64,000 bases of DNA from contig JBGAJA010000002.1 in NCBI GenBank assembly GCA_044225175.1, positions 146,917 to 210,916 of the forward strand, in the 5' to 3' direction. Numbering within the stretch: the stretch's first letter is position 1; the number at the start of each line of letters is the position of its first letter. The position numbers were made by a program, and so were the translations under genes. Below are positions 22,738 to 32,424 of this stretch, piece by piece. Below the pieces are notes generated by a model. That model searched no databases, had not been told where the DNA came from, and worked only from the letters and a program-made list of their open reading frames with translations. The stretch comes from Candidatus Omnitrophota bacterium. GTDB lineage: Bacteria > Omnitrophota > Gorgyraeia > Zapsychrales > Fredricksoniimonadaceae.

Positions 22738-23701
22738 AGTTGCAGTAACAGGAGCTGCTGGACAAATTGGGTATGCTTTATTGTTTCGCATTGCCGCTGG
22801 AGAAATGTTTGGCAAGGACACCCAGATTGATTTGAATCTCTTGGAATTAGAAAAAGCTTTAGGCGCATTAAGTGGCGTTGTCATGGAACTAGAAGATTGC
22901 GCGTTTCCTTTATTACAAAGCATTACAGTTTCATCAAATCCTAACATAGCTTTTAAAGATGTCGATTGGGCCTTACTAGTAGGCAGTGTTCCGCGTAAAG
23001 AAGGCATGGAGCGTGCAGATTTATTAAAGATCAATGCAGGTGTATTCATTGAGCAAGGCAAAGCCCTTTCGGATAATGCTAAACCAACATGTAAAGTTCT
23101 TGTCGTCGGTAATCCATGCAACACGAATGCCTACATTGCTAAAGGTGTTTGTAAAAATATTCCAGCAAAAAACTTTTTTGCTATGACCATGTTGGACCAG
23201 AATCGGGCCGTTACACAATTAGCCCAGAAAGCTTCCGCGCCAGTTTCAGAGGTCAAAAAATTAGCTATTTGGGGAAATCATTCAGCAACCCAGTACCCAG
23301 ATTTTTATAATGCAGCAATCAAAGGAAAATCCATCCCCGAAAGCATTTCAGATTTAAACTGGCTTCAAACCACTTTTATTGAGATTGTTCAAAAACGTGG
23401 TGCAGCTATTATTAAAGCTCGAGGCCTTTCATCAGCCGCTTCAGCAGCTAATGCTATTATTGATACCGTAAGAGGACTTACTACCCCTACTCCATCAGGA
23501 GAATACTTTTCCGTAGCTGTGTGTTCAGATGGTAGTTATGGAGTTCCAGAAGGAATTATGTTTGGATATCCTATACAAAGTGATGGAACCAACTGGAAGA
23601 TTGTCCAAGGAATCACACACAATGATTTTGCTCAAGAAAAGATCAAATCCACGTTAAATGAGCTTTTGAGTGAAAAAGAAGCTGTCCAAAGCATGATTTA
23701 A
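22721..23701 (+). CDS. mdh: Malate dehydrogenase (type 2)
   Basis: [55 protein letters not shown]. Confidence 0.96.
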   Translation: MAKRIRVAVTGAAGQIGYALLFRIAAGEMFGKDTQIDLNLLELEKALGALSGVVMELEDCAFPLLQSITVSSNPNIAFKDVDWALLVGSVPRKEGMERADLLKINAGVFIEQGKALSDNAKPTCKVLVVGNPCNTNAYIAKGVCKNIPAKNFFAMTMLDQNRAVTQLAQKASAPVSEVKKLAIWGNHSATQYPDFYNAAIKGKSIPESISDLNWLQTTFIEIVQKRGAAIIKARGLSSAASAANAIIDTVRGLTTPTPSGEYFSVAVCSDGSYGVPEGIMFGYPIQSDGTNWKIVQGITHNDFAQEKIKSTLNELLSEKEAVQSMI

Positions 23702-23789
23702 CAGGAATTTAATGTTTTTGTAAGGTATTGCAGGTCATTTAGTTGGAATATAAAGTGTTTGGCAAATAGTAAAATTTTTTGAGTCGGGG

Positions 23790-23818
23790 TTGCATACTGA
23801 CATTTTAGAGGGTATACT
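23790..23818 (+). promoter_or_regulatory. Sigma70 promoter of the PPIase-cpaB-secretin operon
   Basis: TTGCAT-17 nt-TATACT, upstream of GGAGG RBS and ATG 23850. Confidence 0.6.
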
Positions 23819-23849
23819 TAAATACATATTTTCTTTTAGGGAGGCTTTT

Positions 23850-24785
23850 ATGAAAGAAGTTTCTAACAAAATTTACATTTTAATGACTATTTGTTTATTA
23901 TCCGGGCTATTTTCCGGATGCGATTTATTCTTTCCCGCAAAAAAATCAGCACCTAAAGCTTCCAGTGAAGCTAAGACCATTGAAGAACCTGTTTCAACCC
24001 CCGCTGCTCCAAGCACAGATAACCAAGGACCACTACCAGCCGATGTTGTAGCTCGCGTAGGCAATTGGAGCATGACAATCGATGAATTTAACCAAAGACT
24101 TAAGTTGCTCAAACAAGGCATGCCAGATTTTAATGACAAGGATCCCCAAGTTAAAGCTTCCGTATTAAATGAACTTATTCGTCAGCAGCTTCTTGTCAAA
24201 GACGCTGAGGCTTCAGATATTAGCGAACAAAAAGATATTAAAGATGCACTTGAGGATTTTCGACGCACCTTGCTTGTTCAAGAATTAGCTCAACGATTGA
24301 CCAAAGGCATTTCAGCAACAGAAATGGATGCCCAAAAGTATTATGATCAAAACAAGAATCTTTTTATTAAGTGGAAGGTTCGTGAAATTGTTGTCCCAGA
24401 TGAAGCAACAGCCAAAAATATTTTGGTCCAAGTATTGCAAGGCGGAGATTTTGCCGCTCTGGCAACTGCCCAATCTAAAGGAAAATCTGCTGCAAAAGGT
24501 GGATTGATTGAAGATCCCGCCCAATCCCCCGTCGAAGTTCAAAAGAATATCACAGCTCTTGAGGCCGGTGGAACAAGCGCAGTATTTAAAGGGCAGGGAG
24601 GCTATTACATTGTGCATGTGGATGAGAAAACATTTGTTCCTTTTTCAGAAGTCAAAGACGAGTTAAAGAACAGACTTTCGGCACGTAAACAACAAGAGAC
24701 AATTTTGGAGCACATTAATCAATTGTCTCAAAAAACAAAAGTTGAAGTTAATAAAGAACTCCTTGGGATTAGCGGTACGAAATAA
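23850..24785 (+). CDS. Parvulin/PrsA-SurA-like peptidyl-prolyl isomerase lipoprotein
   Basis: Lipobox FSGC; VVARVG, VLNELIRQQLL, GGDFAALATAQS..SAAKGG, GYYIVHV; start re-called to 23850. Confidence 0.82.
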   Translation: MKEVSNKIYILMTICLLSGLFSGCDLFFPAKKSAPKASSEAKTIEEPVSTPAAPSTDNQGPLPADVVARVGNWSMTIDEFNQRLKLLKQGMPDFNDKDPQVKASVLNELIRQQLLVKDAEASDISEQKDIKDALEDFRRTLLVQELAQRLTKGISATEMDAQKYYDQNKNLFIKWKVREIVVPDEATAKNILVQVLQGGDFAALATAQSKGKSAAKGGLIEDPAQSPVEVQKNITALEAGGTSAVFKGQGGYYIVHVDEKTFVPFSEVKDELKNRLSARKQQETILEHINQLSQKTKVEVNKELLGISGTK

Positions 24786-24810
24786 TCTCATCTGGAGTCG
24801 GAGGTAAGGC

Positions 24811-25635
24811 ATGGCTATCGAAAATCAAAAACAAATCATTCTAATTGGAATTGCCGTTGTCGCTGGTATTGGGGCTGCGGTTTTAATTGGCAATTGGAAG
24901 ACCCAAGAAATCAATCAAAAAACACAAGAGTTGCACGATCAATACGAACAACAACAAAAACAAATGGCTGCTGAAATTCAAAAAAGCAGTGAACAGCAAG
25001 TAGCAGCAGTCAGAGAAGAGCTTAACCAAGTCCGTCAACAGCAGCAGGAAGCAATTGAACAGGCCATGAAATCTGCAAAAGAAGCAGAAGCACAAAAGGG
25101 AGCAAGGCTTTCAAACACTCTTTTAACTGCTAAGACTCCTGGTGGTAAAAGAGCTGTAACAGTCATGGTGGATTCATTGAATGCTGTTGGGGGGTTGCTC
25201 AATGCAGGGGATTATGTTGATGTGATTGCTCATCTTGATGTTCCCGATAATGCATCAGACAAGAAAAAGACTTTAACAGCCATGGTTTTTCAAGACCTTC
25301 AGGTGTTGGCCATCAACACTAATTTGGATCAACCTGGAAATTATGATCAACAACAAGGCGCTCCATTTTTAAAAGTAACATTCGCGGTTGATCCACAAGA
25401 AGCAGGCCTTCTAGCTTTTGCCAATAAAAATGGTAAGTTAGAACTAGCGCTTCGTCCTTCCAACGACAACGATAAACAAACAGTCAAAAGCTCCACATGG
25501 AGTACTTTAGCTGAGTATGTTTTACAAAATCAAGGGTCTTCTCTTGATCTTCCAGGGATGGAAGCAGCTTCCGAAAAGACAGAAACTACTAATAAACCGT
25601 ACATACAAATTTTTAGAGGCGGTAAGGAGCTTTAA
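24811..25635 (+). CDS. cpaB: Flp pilus assembly protein CpaB/RcpC
   Basis: N-terminal TM and coiled coil; PGGKRAVTV, VGGLLNAGDYVDVI, QDLQVLAI, VTFAVDPQEA, LELALR. Confidence 0.88.
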   Translation: MAIENQKQIILIGIAVVAGIGAAVLIGNWKTQEINQKTQELHDQYEQQQKQMAAEIQKSSEQQVAAVREELNQVRQQQQEAIEQAMKSAKEAEAQKGARLSNTLLTAKTPGGKRAVTVMVDSLNAVGGLLNAGDYVDVIAHLDVPDNASDKKKTLTAMVFQDLQVLAINTNLDQPGNYDQQQGAPFLKVTFAVDPQEAGLLAFANKNGKLELALRPSNDNDKQTVKSSTWSTLAEYVLQNQGSSLDLPGMEAASEKTETTNKPYIQIFRGGKEL

Positions 25636-25638
25636 TTC

Positions 25639-27606
25639 ATGAAAAAACATCTAAATAAAAGTGCAAGTATTTTGGTCGCAACAGCTTTTATTCTTTGCCA
25701 AAATCTTCCTTTGTTAGCTCTAGCTCAAGAAGACATGTCTACCAATGCAGTTTCTGAAGATGAGCAAACACCTCAAGTAGAAAAAACAGAGCATATTAAT
25801 TTAGTTATAGGAGATGTTCAGTCCATTGAAACAAGCAATCTCACCAGAGTGGCTGTGACCAGTCCAGAGATTGTAGATATTTCTGATGCAAAATCCGACA
25901 AAGTTTTTGTAGTAGGCAAAAAGGCAGGACAAACAGAAGTTTTTATTTGGGATGATAATGGTAAACGAAGCATAAGTGTAGGCGTTGCCAGTGAAAATCT
26001 AGATGTTTTAACTTCACGTATAGAAGAAGTCATATCTAAGGCCCAGATCAAAGGAATTGTTGTTGAAAAGAATTTGTATGAAGGTAAGGTCATTCTCTCT
26101 GGTGCAGCCACCAAAGAGGATAAAGACATTCTTGATAGGATCATGGATCCCTACAGCGAGAAAATCATTAATCTCGTTAAAAGAGCTGTGAACGATGATT
26201 TAATCCAAATTGATTGCCAAGTGACTGAGTTAAGTCAAACACTAGTCAAACAATTGGGGATTAATTGGAGCAATGCTACAGGGTCTTCCAGTTCAACGTC
26301 TTCCTCAAATAATACCAATACCGTAAATTTACAACCTACGTATCAAGAAACACTTCCCACATCTAATGGTAAACCAGAAGACTGGTTTAAGATTGGAAAC
26401 TTTAATCGTACAACGGCATTGCAGGCCACCGTAGATGCTTTGATTACGGAAGGAAAGGGACGAATTTTATCTAAACCACGTCTAGTTGTTCTAAGTGGAA
26501 AAGAAGCAAGTTTCTTAGTTGGTGGGCAAGTCCCCATCCGCACAACGACATTTAATTCAACCAATAGTTCTTCTGGTGGGGCAGGAACAAGTCAGGAAAA
26601 TGTGACCTACAAGCAATACGGGGTCAACATGACAATCACACCAACCATCCGTGAAGGCAAGGTGGACATTGTTCTTAATGTACAAATCAATGATATTGAT
26701 AAATCGACTTCTGACTCTCAAGGGGACGTTGGTTTTATCTCTCGTGAAGCATCCACCCATTTATTTCTTGATGACAAGCAGACGATTATTTTAGCTGGAT
26801 TTATTAAACATTCCGATGGTCGTACTGTTAACCGAGTGCCTTTTTTAAGCAAAATTCCTGTTGTGGGAATGTTCTTTAGAAATGTGACCAACGGTAATCC
26901 AGATTCAGATACAGAAATGGTTATTTCTCTGACACCAACCATTTTAAAATCAAAGAAGATCGCCACAGAACAGACAGTGTTGCCTAGTAAACGAACAAAG
27001 AGTTTTGTTAAAGAAGTAGACACCAATTATGAAAAAGAAACAATTGATGGCCAACAATTGATTGAACCAAAGGCTGAAGAACCAAAGGCGCAAGAAAAAC
27101 CAGCTGCGGTTATAACTGCTACACCTCCAGTAGAACCTAAACAAAACTTTGGACCGCACAATGTCTCAGTAGAACCTAAAGCTACGGATACAAAGAAAGC
27201 CGAAGTAAGCGCTCCAGTTGCAGATGTTAAACCTATCGAAGAAAAACCTGTACAAATTATCAATCAACCACAGGATCCTTTGACAAGCTATGTCCGTTCC
27301 GTTCAAATGAGAATTTCACAGAAAATCACATATCCTTTTGAAGCTCTCCAAAATAATCAAGAAGGAACTGTGAAGCTTAGACTACGCATTCTTAAAGATG
27401 GATCTTTAGCAGATTGTGATCTTTTAGAGTCTTCCGGGAAAGATATTTTTGACAGGGATGCTTTGAATACCGCAAAAATAGTAGCTCCTTTTCAGGCTTT
27501 TCCAGAGAACTTGCATCAAGAAGATTTGATTTTGACAATTCCTATCGTCTATAATCAGCGAACAGAAGTTACGAATAATACACAAGCAGTCATGGCTTCT
27601 TATTAG
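25639..27606 (+). CDS. cpaC: Tad secretin CpaC/RcpA with C-terminal TonB_C domain
   Basis: RVAVTSPEIVD/GQTEVFIWD N-domain, RILSKPRLVVLSGKEASFLVGGQVP, VPFLSKIPVVGMFF; Pro-rich linker, then YPFEALQNNQEGTVKLRLRILKDG...ESSG...FDRDAL. Confidence 0.88.
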   Translation: MKKHLNKSASILVATAFILCQNLPLLALAQEDMSTNAVSEDEQTPQVEKTEHINLVIGDVQSIETSNLTRVAVTSPEIVDISDAKSDKVFVVGKKAGQTEVFIWDDNGKRSISVGVASENLDVLTSRIEEVISKAQIKGIVVEKNLYEGKVILSGAATKEDKDILDRIMDPYSEKIINLVKRAVNDDLIQIDCQVTELSQTLVKQLGINWSNATGSSSSTSSSNNTNTVNLQPTYQETLPTSNGKPEDWFKIGNFNRTTALQATVDALITEGKGRILSKPRLVVLSGKEASFLVGGQVPIRTTTFNSTNSSSGGAGTSQENVTYKQYGVNMTITPTIREGKVDIVLNVQINDIDKSTSDSQGDVGFISREASTHLFLDDKQTIILAGFIKHSDGRTVNRVPFLSKIPVVGMFFRNVTNGNPDSDTEMVISLTPTILKSKKIATEQTVLPSKRTKSFVKEVDTNYEKETIDGQQLIEPKAEEPKAQEKPAAVITATPPVEPKQNFGPHNVSVEPKATDTKKAEVSAPVADVKPIEEKPVQIINQPQDPLTSYVRSVQMRISQKITYPFEALQNNQEGTVKLRLRILKDGSLADCDLLESSGKDIFDRDALNTAKIVAPFQAFPENLHQEDLILTIPIVYNQRTEVTNNTQAVMASY

Positions 27607-27652
27607 AGAAGAATTGTAAAAGCATAGATATATGCAAAACTAGACTGATGAC

Positions 27653-27705
27653 AAAACTAAAAACCGTGATACAATATTTTCTATTGTCCACGGTTTTTAG
27701 TTTTT
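27653..27705 (+). terminator. Long hairpin/terminator between the secretin and ATPase genes
   Basis: AAAACTAAAAACCGTG/CACGGTTTTTAGTTTT 16-bp stem plus inner ACAATA/TATTGT. Confidence 0.6.
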
Positions 27706-27770
27706 GCAGTATCCTCCATTCTTCAGAGTCTCCGAGAAGAAAAGGCAATATCTAACATGAAAGATTAATT

Positions 27771-29930
27771 ATGTTGAGCAAAGTCATTACGGTTTTCAGC
27801 AATAAAGGTGGAGTTGGAAAAACTTTCGTTGCGGTCAACGTTGCAGCTGCTTTAACACTTAAAGGAAAGAAGGTGTTAGTTGTAGACTTAGATCTTCAGG
27901 CGGGTCAAAACATGGCCCGTATGTTTAACTTAACTCCTGCCCACTCTCTCGTCGATATTCTAGAAGCAATTAAAACCGACGACCATGAAATGGTCAAAAA
28001 ATTAGTTACAGCTCATTCTAGCGGACTTGATTTCCTTCCTGCTGTTATGAATCTTCGACAAGCTGGACGCATTACAGCTGACAATATACGGCATTTCTTT
28101 AAAATGGTTAGCTCCTTATATGATTATGTCATTGTGGATGCTGACAAAATGTTTACAGAAACGCTCATCAGTGTTTTAGACAATACAAATTTAATTCTTT
28201 TAGTCACAACTCCAGATATTCTAGCTGTTACCCAAGCGAAGAACAGCATCGATATTTTACAAAGTTTGCACTTTCCTTTGAAGATGTCCAGATTGATTCT
28301 AAATCGTGCGGAGAGTCGAGGGGGAGTTGCATGGCAGGAAGTCCAATCAGCCCTGCCCGCTGAAATATTCTCTTTGATCCCTTCTGATGGTAAAACGGTA
28401 GGATTGGCTCTCAACAGGGGCATTCCTTGCGTGATTGATAGTCCTCGCACAAGAGTTTCCGAAGTATTTTTTGAGATGGCAGACAAGCTCCAAGCTCACG
28501 ACATCTATGTAGCTTCCTCAGATGTGGTGAAAGTCCGAGCCAGCGATACGATTGCTGCTAAAGGAAATGAATTTTGGGAGAAATTTGGAATCGGTCTAGG
28601 AGGAGCTCCACAGGTTAAGGATGCTTTTAGAAAAGAAGAAGACGAAATTATCCGACTCAAAAAAGCCATCCATCACAAACTTGTTGATCGAATGAACTTG
28701 AAAAAGATTTCAACAGAAACGATTACAGACATTCAACAAGCGGCTAATATTCGAAAAGCCGCAGAAAAGATCGTAACAGATTTGCTGGCTGAAACATCTG
28801 GTTCCATCCTCTCATCCCATGAACAGCGTTCACGTTTAGTCCGTGAAATTGTTAATGAAGCCGTTGGGTTGGGTCCTTTAGAAGATTTTCTTGCTGATGG
28901 GGACATAACAGACATCATGGTGAATAATAAAGATGAAATATTCGTCGAGAAAAGCGGAAAAATACTTTTAACAAACAAACACTTTATTTCCAATGAGCAA
29001 GTTCGAGCAACCATCGATAGAATTATTGCTCCTTTAGGAAGACGTATTGATGAATCCACCCCCATGGTGGATGCTCGCCTTCCCGATGGTTCGCGTATCA
29101 ATGCCATTATTCCTCCGTTGTCTTTAAATGGTCCAATGATCACTATCCGTAAATTCTCCCAAGAAAGATATACGATTGATGACATGCTCAATAAATTTAA
29201 CTCCCTCTCTGCCCCCATGGCCGAGTTCTTAAATGTTTGTGTTATTGGGCGAAAGAACATGATTATCTCCGGCGGAACAGGCGCAGGAAAGACAACTCTT
29301 TTAAACATTGTTTCTCAATTCATCCCTGATAACGAACGCATCATTACAATTGAAGATGCTGCAGAGTTACGCTTGTCTAAAAGTCACTGGGCCCGTTTAG
29401 AATCCAGGCCTGTTAACATTGAAGGCAAGGGAAAGATCACGATCAGAGATCTTTTTACCAACACTCTTCGTATGAGACCAGATCGCATTATTATTGGGGA
29501 ATGCCGTGGACCAGAAGTTTTAGACATGTTGCAAGCGATGAATACAGGCCACGACGGGTCTTTAACCACATTGCATGCGAATTCACCAAGAGATGTTCTT
29601 TCGCGTCTTTCTTCGATGGTCTTGTTATCGGGAATCGAATTACCTATTAGAGCCGTTTATGAAATGACAGCTTCCGCCATCAACATTATTGTCCAAATTT
29701 CTAGATTCTCCGACGGCACACGTAAAATAACTGCAATCTCTGAACTCACTGGAAAAATGTTGGATACCATCCCTGAAATGAAAGACATTTTTGTCTTTAA
29801 GCATGCGGGCATTAATGCAGATGGTGTAGTTCTTGGAGAATATGTTCCAACAGGGTATGTCCCTAAATGCTACGATGATTTTATAACTCGCGGGCTTCCT
29901 CTTAACAAAGAGATATTCAATCCTTCATAA
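27771..29930 (+). CDS. Fused CpaE/TadZ (MinD-like) and CpaF/TadA pilus ATPase
   Basis: N-terminal KGGVGKT deviant Walker A; C-terminal GLGPLE, DARLPDGSR, GGTGAGKTT, IEDAAEL, LRMRPDRIIIGECRG, MNTGHDGSLTTLHAN. Confidence 0.92.
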   Translation: MLSKVITVFSNKGGVGKTFVAVNVAAALTLKGKKVLVVDLDLQAGQNMARMFNLTPAHSLVDILEAIKTDDHEMVKKLVTAHSSGLDFLPAVMNLRQAGRITADNIRHFFKMVSSLYDYVIVDADKMFTETLISVLDNTNLILLVTTPDILAVTQAKNSIDILQSLHFPLKMSRLILNRAESRGGVAWQEVQSALPAEIFSLIPSDGKTVGLALNRGIPCVIDSPRTRVSEVFFEMADKLQAHDIYVASSDVVKVRASDTIAAKGNEFWEKFGIGLGGAPQVKDAFRKEEDEIIRLKKAIHHKLVDRMNLKKISTETITDIQQAANIRKAAEKIVTDLLAETSGSILSSHEQRSRLVREIVNEAVGLGPLEDFLADGDITDIMVNNKDEIFVEKSGKILLTNKHFISNEQVRATIDRIIAPLGRRIDESTPMVDARLPDGSRINAIIPPLSLNGPMITIRKFSQERYTIDDMLNKFNSLSAPMAEFLNVCVIGRKNMIISGGTGAGKTTLLNIVSQFIPDNERIITIEDAAELRLSKSHWARLESRPVNIEGKGKITIRDLFTNTLRMRPDRIIIGECRGPEVLDMLQAMNTGHDGSLTTLHANSPRDVLSRLSSMVLLSGIELPIRAVYEMTASAINIIVQISRFSDGTRKITAISELTGKMLDTIPEMKDIFVFKHAGINADGVVLGEYVPTGYVPKCYDDFITRGLPLNKEIFNPS

Positions 29931-29953
29931 CCCCTTATGGGTGATGATTAGCC

Positions 29954-30304
29954 ATGTCCATTGTCAATCTGACCAAAGAAACAACATTAGCCAGTTATGT
30001 TGAAATTGCTGACAACCCTTTAAAAAGAATGACGGGACTATTAGGAAGAGTTTCGTTAGAGCAGGGGTATGCGCTTGTGATTACCAACTGCAGTAGCATA
30101 CACATGCTTTTTATGAAGTTTTCGATTGATGTTATTTTTGTCGACCAGAACAAAAGAGTGGTTGGTCTTGTTAAGAACATACAACCATTCAAATTCTCTC
30201 CTGTTTTCTGGAAATCTTCTTGCGCCATTGAATTGCCCGCTGGTACAATTGAGTCAACAAAGACGCAAATTGCAGACCAACTATCTGTTTGTACATCATG
30301 GTAA
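29954..30304 (+). CDS. DUF192 family protein
   Basis: ADNPLKRMTGLLGR, SIHMLFMKFSIDVIFVD, IELPAG. Confidence 0.85.
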   Translation: MSIVNLTKETTLASYVEIADNPLKRMTGLLGRVSLEQGYALVITNCSSIHMLFMKFSIDVIFVDQNKRVVGLVKNIQPFKFSPVFWKSSCAIELPAGTIESTKTQIADQLSVCTSW

Positions 30305-30326
30305 AGGAAACCTTCTTCATTGACAT

Positions 30327-31730
30327 ATGGGTGTTGTTTATAAATTAACTCCAGAGATCAGTGCTTTTATTATTGAGCATAAACAGAGCAATCCAGCGAC
30401 GACATGTCAGGCATTGTCAGATATTGTTTTAGCTAAATTTGACCAGCACGTTTCAAAATCTTCGGTTCACGAACTTCTTAAACAAGCTCATGTCATTACT
30501 CCCAGGGTTCGCAAAGTTAAAGAAAAATTTCAGATTCCGACACACAAGAAACAACAAATTTCAAAAGCATTAGCTCCTTTTGTAGCCATTGGATCATCAA
30601 CACCTCCAAACATTTCCTTGGTGCAAACAGTCCCTACAAAAGTTGCTCCCCCTGAGATAATAGAAGAGATCATCCCAGAAGAACAACCCACTCAACAACC
30701 TAAAGAATACATATCTGGAAAAGGCGATATTTTTATTCAAAGTGCCCTATTTGATTTATCTAACAAACCCATTGTTGGGATCAGCGATTTCAACCAGATG
30801 GATTCCGTTGATCAAAATAAAATAAAAATGGAATGGGAGTATTTAACACAGCTAGTGTATGCCATTAAAATTGAGTTAGAAAGCGGATATGTTTTTTTCA
30901 TTGATCCCAGATTTCAGGGAATTTATGATTACAATCCCAATACACCAACATTGGCAGCTCCCATAGAACGAGCGGCCTATGAAGTGGCAGACTACATTTT
31001 AAATAATATTAAGCCTATAATTATTCGCAAATTTGATGCAAGTTGTTCAAATGATTTAACTTATGATATTTTTTCCGCTTTCCAAAACATCTCTCTTAAG
31101 AAGATTATCAAAATTGCGCTAATAGGGGCCAAAGATGAACAAATTGTTGAATTTAATCATCCCCTTGGAATTCAAAGAAATTTTATCATAGCAGTTGATT
31201 CACAAAACACTCAGTACCAATGGTTTATGAATAATTCAGCTGTGGAAACTACATGGAATTTGCCAATGAAGGATAATTCAACCTCTCCCACCGTAAGGCT
31301 CCTTAAAAAGTCTAACAAAATCATCATAACTAACTTAGAATCAATGACTTATGCAGAATCTGTTAAAATGTATGAGGAAAGACATCCAGGAGAAAGTCTT
31401 CAGTTAAGTGTAATTGAGAATCAAAAATCAGAACAGAGTACAGATTTCATTGTTTGGTTTAAAAATAAGCTTCAACAACGAGCATTAATGTTTTTTCCCC
31501 AGTCTTTTTCACGACAGGCGCTTGAAGATGCGACCCGCTTAGAGGGTTATGAACAAAAGATCGTCGACAAGAAGAAAAATTTGATAGAAATCAAAGTGCA
31601 TTTGAGGGTTTCTTCCAATCATCCTCAAATACAACAATTTCAAAGGGCTGCTGAAAATATTAACAGTCTAAATATTAGCGATTTTCAGGGAATGAAAAGA
31701 ACCGTAAAGTTAGATATTAGCAGCGAATAG
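30327..31730 (+). CDS. Hypothetical protein with N-terminal winged-HTH-like region
   Basis: 467-aa ORF in the operon; KLTPEISAFII..NP.TTCQALSDIVLAKFDQHVSKSSVHELLK resembles transposase-type HTH. Confidence 0.6.
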   Translation: MGVVYKLTPEISAFIIEHKQSNPATTCQALSDIVLAKFDQHVSKSSVHELLKQAHVITPRVRKVKEKFQIPTHKKQQISKALAPFVAIGSSTPPNISLVQTVPTKVAPPEIIEEIIPEEQPTQQPKEYISGKGDIFIQSALFDLSNKPIVGISDFNQMDSVDQNKIKMEWEYLTQLVYAIKIELESGYVFFIDPRFQGIYDYNPNTPTLAAPIERAAYEVADYILNNIKPIIIRKFDASCSNDLTYDIFSAFQNISLKKIIKIALIGAKDEQIVEFNHPLGIQRNFIIAVDSQNTQYQWFMNNSAVETTWNLPMKDNSTSPTVRLLKKSNKIIITNLESMTYAESVKMYEERHPGESLQLSVIENQKSEQSTDFIVWFKNKLQQRALMFFPQSFSRQALEDATRLEGYEQKIVDKKKNLIEIKVHLRVSSNHPQIQQFQRAAENINSLNISDFQGMKRTVKLDISSE

Positions 31731-31763
31731 AGAAAGGGTTTTCTTGAAAACAGTCTGGGGTGG

Positions 31764-31792
31764 TTGACAGCCTATATAATATATGGCATACT
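31764..31792 (+). promoter_or_regulatory. Sigma70 promoter of the pilin array
   Basis: TTGACA-17 nt-CATACT. Confidence 0.65.
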
Positions 31793-31810
31793 TTAGCTAA
31801 GAAAACATAA

Positions 31811-31938
31811 ACATGACTTCGTTTTCATGTCCTTCTTCATGAAGGGCTTCACATAAATAATGACCCAATTCCACGTGACTTTATTTGGGATGAAATAAAG
31901 TCAGGGTCACAATCGCCTTTATGAAGCATCATAAGGAG
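31811..31938 (+). ncRNA. Candidate structured 5' leader RNA of the pilin operon
   Basis: Nested stems TGACTTTATTT/AAATAAAGTCA, TGACCC/GGGTCA, GCTTCA(CA)TAAA/TTTATGAAGC plus two small 5' hairpins. Confidence 0.4.
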
Positions 31939-31943
31939 CAACA

Positions 31944-32099
31944 ATGATTCGCCACAGAAACACACACGGACAAAATATTATCGAATATGCGATCATTGTA
32001 GCTTTAGTGACGGCCGCACTGGCTGCCATGAGTACTTATGTGTTTCGTTCCGTACAAGCAACTCAAAAGGCCGTTGAAGGGGCAGCTGCTAATCAATAA
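31944..32099 (+). CDS. Flp-type pilin (51 aa, not in ORF track)
   Basis: AAGGAG RBS; MIRHRNTHG/QNIIEYAIIVALVTAALAAMSTYVFRSVQATQKAVEGAAANQ. Confidence 0.85.
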   Translation: MIRHRNTHGQNIIEYAIIVALVTAALAAMSTYVFRSVQATQKAVEGAAANQ

Positions 32100-32117
32100 A
32101 ACTAAGAGAGGGTGTCT

Positions 32118-32390
32118 ATGGTAAGAACAATCAAATACCACACAATCAAAGACAATAAGGGGCAAAGTACAATTGAATACATTGTTCTTGTGACCGCTGT
32201 TATTGCCATCATCATTTTGTTTATGACTGGTCAAAACAGCATGTTTGGAAATAAAATAACAAATACGTACTGCACAACGGCAGAAGGAATGTCTGAAAGA
32301 GCATCAGCATTGTCAGAGACACATAACTCAGAAGCTGGAAATCAAGCGAATTCCATTGTGACAGTGAATGTATTACAAAACCTTTTTTAA
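32118..32390 (+). CDS. Flp-type pilin
   Basis: KG/QSTIEYIVLVTAVIAIIILFM. Confidence 0.85.
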   Translation: MVRTIKYHTIKDNKGQSTIEYIVLVTAVIAIIILFMTGQNSMFGNKITNTYCTTAEGMSERASALSETHNSEAGNQANSIVTVNVLQNLF

Positions 32391-32424
32391 TTAATGACCA
32401 AGAAATTTCCTAACAGGAGGATTT

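Noticed and set aside
31800-31940. c-di-GMP-I riboswitch upstream of the pilins
   Set aside because: No GGCAAA/GNRA tetraloop-receptor consensus seen; kept only as an unknown structured leader
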